In this document: in pieces, positions 58,417 to 64,000 of the stretch
Layout: each line of letters opens with the position of its first letter
How positions within the stretch are numbered: the first letter of the stretch is position 1
Source of the DNA: Firmicutes bacterium HGW-Firmicutes-15
GTDB lineage: Bacteria > Bacillota > Syntrophomonadia > Syntrophomonadales > Syntrophomonadaceae
Length of the DNA: 64,000 nucleotides
NCBI GenBank assembly: GCA_002840245.1
Contig: PHAA01000015.1
Coordinates: forward strand, 28,808 to 92,807
Direction: 5' to 3'
The notes under the pieces: generated by a model
The model's input: the letters and a program-made list of their open reading frames with translations, nothing else
Told to the model about the DNA's origin: nothing
Database searches by the model: none
Made by a program: the position numbers and the translations under genes

Positions 58417-59385
58417 ATGGCTGGGGTTTGGATTTTAGCTGATAATCGCGATCGAACGCTGGAACTTTTAAATGTCGCTGCTGGCCTGGCTGAAAAGCTA
58501 GACACGAAAGTAGCCGCCTTTCTCTGGAATGACTCACAACTGGCAGAGGATTATATCGCTCACGGAGCAGACGAGGTTCTGATCTTACCTTCCCTGGAGG
58601 AAGATCAGCCTCTGGAAGCTTATATTCCCACCATTGTTGAAGAGGCACTTCGGCAAGACCCTGATATATTTTTAGTAGCAGCCACAGCCCGTGGCAAAGA
58701 AATGGCGGCTCGCATTGCAGGTCGCCTTAACACAGGATTATGCAGCGGGTGTACCGCGTTGCAGTTTGATGAAACTGGGAAGAAGCTAATTATGGAACGA
58801 TTAGTCTTCGGGGGAGCAGCGGTGCAAACTGTCACCTGTCTAACTCGTCCCCAGATGGCGACTATTGCCCCACGTACCTTTGCACCGGCTGTCCCTTTGG
58901 GAGATAGAACTGGGCAGGTAAGGGAACTTGCAGCGGGCCTGCCAGGTCTGGTACGAATTGTTGATCGCAAGCCCAAGGCCAAACAATCGGGAGATGTAAG
59001 CGATGCAAAAGTGTTGATATGTGTGGGGCGAGGTCTGGAGAAAGAAGAAGACCTGGCTTTAGTCCGAGAGCTGGCTAATGTTTTGGGTGGGGAACTGGCC
59101 TGCACCCGGCCTATTGCTGAGGAACTGCACTGGTTACCTGAGGAGACCTATATAGGCCTGTCCGGGCAAAAGGTAAAACCCGATATTTACATCGGCGTAG
59201 GGATATCTGGTCAGATACAGCATGTTACAGGCATCCGTGACGCCCGTCTTATTTGCGCTATTAACCGTGATGAAAATGCAGCTATCTTCGAAGTGTCCGA
59301 TTACGGTATAGTAGGAGATTTATATTCTGTCCTGCCTGAACTTACCAGGGAATTTAAACGAGCATTAGGGGCTGGCAAGGAATAA
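58417..59385 (+). CDS. etfA: Electron transfer flavoprotein alpha subunit (FixB/EtfA)
   Basis: C-terminal FAD-binding signature PDIYIGVGISGQIQHVTG...INRDENAAIF. Confidence 0.88.
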   Translation: MAGVWILADNRDRTLELLNVAAGLAEKLDTKVAAFLWNDSQLAEDYIAHGADEVLILPSLEEDQPLEAYIPTIVEEALRQDPDIFLVAATARGKEMAARIAGRLNTGLCSGCTALQFDETGKKLIMERLVFGGAAVQTVTCLTRPQMATIAPRTFAPAVPLGDRTGQVRELAAGLPGLVRIVDRKPKAKQSGDVSDAKVLICVGRGLEKEEDLALVRELANVLGGELACTRPIAEELHWLPEETYIGLSGQKVKPDIYIGVGISGQIQHVTGIRDARLICAINRDENAAIFEVSDYGIVGDLYSVLPELTREFKRALGAGKE

Positions 59386-59434
59386 CCAGTTTATTCTTTG
59401 ATAGTCCCTCATATAAATAGAGTGGGGTGTTGTT

Positions 59435-60730
59435 ATGGCGGAAGAGAAGTTTACAGCCATTATCGTTGGCGCTGGACCGGCCGGCAGTACAGCGGCCTAC
59501 TTACTAGCACAGGAAGGACTGGACGTACTCCTAATTGAGAGGGGAGAGACACCCGGCAGTAAAAACATGTTTGGCGGCCGGATGTACAGCTATGCTTTAA
59601 ATCAGGTTATCCCCGGGTTCTGGGAAGAAGCCCCTTTACAGAGACCAGTAGTCAAGGAAACCGTAAGTTTTATGAGCGGTAAGCGCAGCGTATCCATGAC
59701 CTGCCAGGATCAAAACTGGCTGCAAACTCCGGTCCATTCTTTTACCCTCCTGCGTGCCGAATTCGATGCCTGGCTGGCCAATAAGGCCGAAGAAGCCGGA
59801 GCGATGCTGGCCTGTGGGATTCGGGTTGATGACGTGCTGATTGAAAGTGGCCGGGTGACGGGAGTGCGTGCCGGTGAAGACGAAATTCACGCCGATGTGG
59901 TGATTGCGGCTGATGGTGCTAACTCACTCCTGACTGAAAGAGCCGGTCTACGTAAAGCGCTTTTGCCTGGGCAGGTGGCTACCGGGGCTAAACAGCTTAT
60001 AGAACTATCCGCAGATACGATCAGTCAACGCTTCCAGTTGGAGGATAAGCAAGGCGCGGCCTATCTTTACGTGGGAAGCTGCAGTTCAGGGATGCAGGGC
60101 GGTGGCTTTCTATATACCAACCTGGACAGTATATCGCTGGGATTGGTGGTTAACGTAGCCGATTTACAGCGGAATCAATATAAAATTAACGAACTCTTGG
60201 AAGACTTTAAATCCCAGCCCCAGATTGCTCCATTAATTGCAGGCGGGCAGGTGGCTGAGTATTCAGCTCATCTAGTACCGGAGGCGGGATTTAACATGCG
60301 GCCAGAGCTTTTCGGGGATGGAATCTTAGTGGTCGGAGATGCGGCCGGTTTTGTAATTAATCTGGGTTATCAGGTACGAGGCATGGATCTGGCCATCGCA
60401 TCCGGTGCTGCGGCAGCTCGAACAGTAATGCAGGCCCGGGCCGGTAATGATTTTTCCGAGCAAGGTCTGAGCCAATATCCTGATTTTCTAAAGCAGAACG
60501 GGGTTTGGGACACCATGGAAGCCTATCGCCACACTCCCCTGTTTTTAGACACTCGTCGTCTCTACGAAGCCTACCCACAGGTTGTCACCGACTTAGCAGC
60601 AGATGCCTTTACAGTCGATGGCAGCCCCCCGGAGCACCTGCTAGGTAAAATGATGCGCGGGGTAAAATCCAGCTCCATCAAATGGTCTCAATTGGCCGGC
60701 GATGCATGGAAAGGGGGACGCTCACTATGA
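59435..60730 (+). CDS. fixC: FAD-dependent ETF:quinone oxidoreductase-like protein FixC
   Basis: N-terminal dinucleotide fold IIVGAGPAGSTAAYLLA, later GDAAGF, and a position between etfA and fixX. Confidence 0.85.
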   Translation: MAEEKFTAIIVGAGPAGSTAAYLLAQEGLDVLLIERGETPGSKNMFGGRMYSYALNQVIPGFWEEAPLQRPVVKETVSFMSGKRSVSMTCQDQNWLQTPVHSFTLLRAEFDAWLANKAEEAGAMLACGIRVDDVLIESGRVTGVRAGEDEIHADVVIAADGANSLLTERAGLRKALLPGQVATGAKQLIELSADTISQRFQLEDKQGAAYLYVGSCSSGMQGGGFLYTNLDSISLGLVVNVADLQRNQYKINELLEDFKSQPQIAPLIAGGQVAEYSAHLVPEAGFNMRPELFGDGILVVGDAAGFVINLGYQVRGMDLAIASGAAAARTVMQARAGNDFSEQGLSQYPDFLKQNGVWDTMEAYRHTPLFLDTRRLYEAYPQVVTDLAADAFTVDGSPPEHLLGKMMRGVKSSSIKWSQLAGDAWKGGRSL

Positions 60731-61050
60731 AGCGCTTGAACATCCAGCAATTATTAGCGGGAAATAAATTCCTCGTCGATGATGAAGAACATCATATAAC
60801 CCTGCATCAAGAAATTTGTGCTACTTGTTCGACCAAACCCTGCATCTTTGCCTGCCCAGCCGGTCTTTATACCCTGAAGGGAAAGCACGGGGACGCTCTT
60901 ATTGCTTCCGATCTTAAGGAGGGAGAGATAAGCTTTGACGACGCGGGATGTCTGGAATGCGGCACCTGCCGGGTGGTCTGTCCCCATTCCGGTGCCATCG
61001 AGTGGCAGTATCCCCGGGGATCCTTTGGTATCATTTATAGGTACGGATAA
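60727..61050 (+). CDS. fixX: Ferredoxin-like protein FixX
   Basis: Its ATG overlaps the fixC TGA (ATGA). Motifs are C..C..KPC...CPAGLY, CLECGTCRVVCP and the C-terminal W.YPRG..GI.YRYG. Confidence 0.85.
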   Translation: MKRLNIQQLLAGNKFLVDDEEHHITLHQEICATCSTKPCIFACPAGLYTLKGKHGDALIASDLKEGEISFDDAGCLECGTCRVVCPHSGAIEWQYPRGSFGIIYRYG

Positions 61051-61077
61051 CAGGGTATTAAAATAATAAAGGTTTTC

Positions 61078-61121
61078 AAGAGGCTATCCCAATATTGAAA
61101 TGGCTATTGGGATAGCCTCTT
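61078..61121 (+). terminator. 17-bp-stem hairpin after fixX
   Basis: aagaggctatcccaata-ttgaaatggc-tattgggatagcctctt. Confidence 0.65.
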
Positions 61122-61286
61122 CTATAAATTAGATTAAGAAACTAAATTAGTATTAAAAACCATTTCCCATATCTAAATATCCATGTTTCATCAAGAAAAA
61201 GGCCATCCCTATTGGTTTGGCTGGGGACCCAAGGCAGGAATAAGACAATATACAGCGAAATAGTACTATATGAGGAGGTGCGCTGT

Positions 61287-62957
61287 TTGGGTTATAGTAG
61301 TAAAATGCGTCATTGGAAGCATTTCAAGCGATATAGGAAAATTATCCGGGTTTTCATGAAATACGGACTGGGTTACTTGGTCAAGCTGATGGGCCTAGAC
61401 TCACTTTTGCCCCGGCAGAAACGCCAGGCGGCAAAAGACAACGGGCGGGAATCTGAGCGCATCCTGGCGGAGCGGCTCTGCCAAGCGCTAAGCGAACTCG
61501 GACCAACCTTTATTAAGCTAGGGCAGATATTCAGCACCCGACCTGATATGTTTGCACCTGCATACATTGAAGAGCTGGAAAAACTACAGGACAAGGTACA
61601 CCCCTTTTCCTATCAGGAAGTAGTGGAACAGCTGGTAAAGGAAATTGGCCATCCTGACGAAATATTTGCCGAATTTGACCCTGAACCGCTGGCAGCCGCC
61701 TCTATAGGACAAGTTCACATGGGAAGGCTGAAAAGCGGGGAAAGAGTCATTGTTAAGATTCAACGTCCTAATATCGAGGAAACGGTGGAAAGTGACCTGG
61801 AAATCCTGCTAGAGCTAGCTCAGTTATCTGAGAAAAAATCCGCTGAAGCTCAACGACTGGGAGTAGTAGCTATGCTGGAGGATTATGCCAGGCTTTTGCT
61901 GCGAGAACTTGATTATGATCGGGAAGCCCGTAATACTGACCGGATATACCAAAACTTTGCCGATGATGAACGGGTTATAATCCCGCGAGTCTATTGGAAA
62001 TACACCACTCGCCGGGTACTCACGGAAGACTATATTGATGGGGTCAAATTAAGCGACCTGGATCAAATTACGGCGCGTGGCTGGGATCGTGGCAAAACTT
62101 CGAGGCTGGGAACCGAAGCATTCTTAGCACAGATTGTGCTGCATGGTTTTTTTCAAGCTGACCCTCACCCTGGCAATATTTTAGTTGTAGATGAAGATCA
62201 TATCGCTTTTATCGATTTCGGTGAAGTCAGTGCCCTGAGCGAGAGAAGACTAAATAGCTTGGGTGAATTGCTGTTGAGTATAGATCGCAAAGACATGGAT
62301 AAGACAGTAGCCACCCTGGAGAATATGGGTATTATTACTGATTCCGTGGAGATGGACGCATTCCAGGAAGACTTTTCAGATCTGGTGGAACTAGTCTCTG
62401 CTTCCCGCATTGGCAACCTGGATATGAATCGCATTCGTAAGGATCTCCTGGATATTACCTACCGCTACCAACTGAAGATGCCATCCTATCTAACCTCTTT
62501 GATGAAAGCTTTGATTACTGTCGAAGGTGTCGGTAAGAAGCTGGACCCAAACTTTAACTTCCTGGAAGTGGCCGGACCTATGGCTCAAAAAGTGGTACAG
62601 GAAAAAATGAAACCTGGAAATATTTATGGATATATGCGCCGTAAATATTATTCGGACTTGAGACCACTGATTTCTCTGCCCTCTAATTTTAATAAATTAC
62701 TCAAGACTACCGACCAAGGCAAGCTGAATATGAACATACAAATCAGCTTTAGCGGCGGAGCCAAAAGGAGTATGACCAAACTCATAAATCGTTTGAGCGC
62801 CAGCCTGATAATTGCTGGTGGGTTGGTTAGCTCAGCCCTGGTTATTCAGTCTAGCCATTCCGAGGTAATAATTAGTCATGCCACCATCGGTGTAATTGGT
62901 TTCGCTGTATCCCTATTTGCTCTCATCGTTTTTATTGTTTCATTTTTCCGCTCGTAG
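61287..62957 (+). CDS. ubiB: ABC1/UbiB-family atypical kinase with two C-terminal TM helices
   Basis: ABC1 motifs LGPTFIKLGQIFSTRPD, PLAAASIGQVH, VKIQRP and FFQADPHPGNIL. A GAGGAGG RBS lies 9 nt before the TTG at 61287; the ORF-track start is 61212. Confidence 0.85.
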   Translation: MGYSSKMRHWKHFKRYRKIIRVFMKYGLGYLVKLMGLDSLLPRQKRQAAKDNGRESERILAERLCQALSELGPTFIKLGQIFSTRPDMFAPAYIEELEKLQDKVHPFSYQEVVEQLVKEIGHPDEIFAEFDPEPLAAASIGQVHMGRLKSGERVIVKIQRPNIEETVESDLEILLELAQLSEKKSAEAQRLGVVAMLEDYARLLLRELDYDREARNTDRIYQNFADDERVIIPRVYWKYTTRRVLTEDYIDGVKLSDLDQITARGWDRGKTSRLGTEAFLAQIVLHGFFQADPHPGNILVVDEDHIAFIDFGEVSALSERRLNSLGELLLSIDRKDMDKTVATLENMGIITDSVEMDAFQEDFSDLVELVSASRIGNLDMNRIRKDLLDITYRYQLKMPSYLTSLMKALITVEGVGKKLDPNFNFLEVAGPMAQKVVQEKMKPGNIYGYMRRKYYSDLRPLISLPSNFNKLLKTTDQGKLNMNIQISFSGGAKRSMTKLINRLSASLIIAGGLVSSALVIQSSHSEVIISHATIGVIGFAVSLFALIVFIVSFFRS

Positions 62958-63034
62958 TTAAAAAACTTCTACTTATTTCAACGCCATCTACAAAAATTAC
63001 TTGGTACAATCGTCTTCTATTCAGATATAGCCGG

Positions 63035-63070
63035 CCGTCTCTGACCTTTTGCAAAATCAGGGACGGTTTT
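63035..63070 (+). terminator. Rho-independent terminator after ubiB
   Basis: ccgtctctga-loop-tcagggacgg (one G-U pair), followed by tttt. Confidence 0.6.
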
Positions 63071-63230
63071 ACTTTACCCATTATATATGGCCTGACCATT
63101 TAACCACTAGACCTTATTACCAATAATTTGCGTTGCAAAAAAATTAACAAGTTGAAAGTAACCCTTATAGATATATGAATTTTAGTTACTTGAATAGGAT
63201 AGCTTCCCTTATTTTCAAGAAGATCATATT

Positions 63231-63252
63231 ATATTTATTTGCAAATAAATAT
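63231..63252. promoter_or_regulatory. Perfect 22-bp AT-rich palindrome upstream of the SLH gene
   Basis: atatttatttg|caaataaatat, about 160 bp upstream of the start at 63411. Confidence 0.35.
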
Positions 63253-63410
63253 GAGGAAAGCTCCTTTGTGAAAAAATAAAACCTTGCAGGAAATATACTA
63301 CTTTATGGAGAATGCTGTAATTATATCTAATAAGAAACGACGGCTGGAGGAATTTCCAGCTTTAGCTCAGGCATAGAAATGTTATTAGGAAAGGTAGGGT
63401 GAATAGACAA

Positions 63411-64000
63411 ATGATAAGGAGAAAAATGGGACAGCTGGGAGCGATAATGCTATTTATGTTCAGCATAACCTTAATCCTGGCCAATCCCGCCAAAGCTGCA
63501 GATGCGGTGATCAAGGCCGAATCCGTCCCAACACTGGTATCCCAGTTTAAAGATGTCCAATCCACTGATTCTAACGCCATATTTATTAGCTATTTAGCAG
63601 GAAAAGGCATTATAAATGGCTTTCCCGACGGAGGTTTTCATCCAGGTGAAGGACTAACCCGGGCCCAGGCCGCCGTAGTTTTGGTAAAGGCCGTCGGGCT
63701 AAACACCCCCACAGTAACTGAGACCGGATTTCCCGACGTACAAACTGATCACTGGGCAGCAGCCAACATAGCAGCGGCAACCAAAGCCGGCTACCTAAAG
63801 GGATTCCCCGACGGAACCTATAAACCAGAAGATAAAATAACTCGGGCTCAAGGAATAGCCCTAATAATGAGATTATCTGCCCAAAAGGACCGGACTCCCC
63901 TTCCCGTACTTAATGACATGGAGCAAAGCCACTGGGCGGCAGGAGAAATGGCAGTTGCTCTGGCAGCAGAAATGATAGGCTTGTCTGCGGATGGCAAGCA
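63411..64000 (+). CDS. SLH-domain surface protein, 3'-partial (runs off the window); paralog of 42005-45109
   Basis: Absent from the ORF track because no stop is reached. It starts MIRRKMGQLGAIMLFMFSITLILANPAKA, then has SLH repeats nearly identical to those of the 1034-aa protein (GFPDVQTDHWAAANIAAATKAGYLKGFPDGTYKPEDKITRAQGIALIMRL...). Confidence 0.85.
   Translation, partial: MIRRKMGQLGAIMLFMFSITLILANPAKAADAVIKAESVPTLVSQFKDVQSTDSNAIFISYLAGKGIINGFPDGGFHPGEGLTRAQAAVVLVKAVGLNTPTVTETGFPDVQTDHWAAANIAAATKAGYLKGFPDGTYKPEDKITRAQGIALIMRLSAQKDRTPLPVLNDMEQSHWAAGEMAVALAAEMIGLSADGK

Noticed and set aside
1-64000. CRISPR arrays, tRNA or rRNA genes, and riboswitches or T-boxes in the long leaders (21285-22097, 24180-24543, 45110-45549, 47429-47650)
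   Set aside because: I saw no regularly spaced direct repeats, no tRNA-like T-arm/acceptor signatures and no riboswitch core I recognise by eye. Absence cannot be proven without tRNAscan or Infernal.

Overview
The window looks like chromosomal DNA from an anaerobic, probably spore-forming Firmicute. The clues are SLH-domain wall proteins, ylmH, DUF1540, a YwgA-like gene and FixABCX; I cannot name the species. Coding density is high and most genes are housekeeping or sensory.

Main blocks, in order:
- A small AT-rich islet (0.7-8.4 kb) holds a 5'-truncated SAMHD1/YwfO-like HD gene with a YwgA-like partner, placed back to back with a complete Type I R-M system (hsdM-hsdS-hsdR).
- A long minus-strand phosphate regulon reads phoP-phoR-pstS-pstC-pstA-pstB-phoU-orf75-arsC, with clear Pho boxes upstream of pstS.
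- A PAP2 / TVP38 / ATP-grasp cluster follows.
- Two paralogous PAS-GGDEF-HD-GYP proteins and one stand-alone HD-GYP protein are present.
- An OmpR/HK two-component pair is followed by a DUF2680-like secreted protein and a NapH-like polyferredoxin.
- Other genes include SLH/Ig-like wall proteins, two paralogous secreted esterases, a soluble MCP, a CCA-enzyme-like protein with a degenerate active site, a CDGSH Fe-S protein, a split tex gene and a DEAD-box helicase.
- The right end carries marR-etfB-etfA-fixC-fixX followed by a UbiB/ABC1 kinase.

I saw no rRNA, tRNA, CRISPR array, transposase or integrase.

The most unusual signal is non-coding. A family of structured, mosaic palindromic repeats has four clear copies, one in-frame module inside tex, and one doubtful degenerate copy. 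Two copies are bracketed by near-identical duplications of the local terminator hairpin. One copy sits between pstS and pstC.

All calls rest on motif recognition by eye in the supplied translations and on manual sequence comparison. No database search was run.
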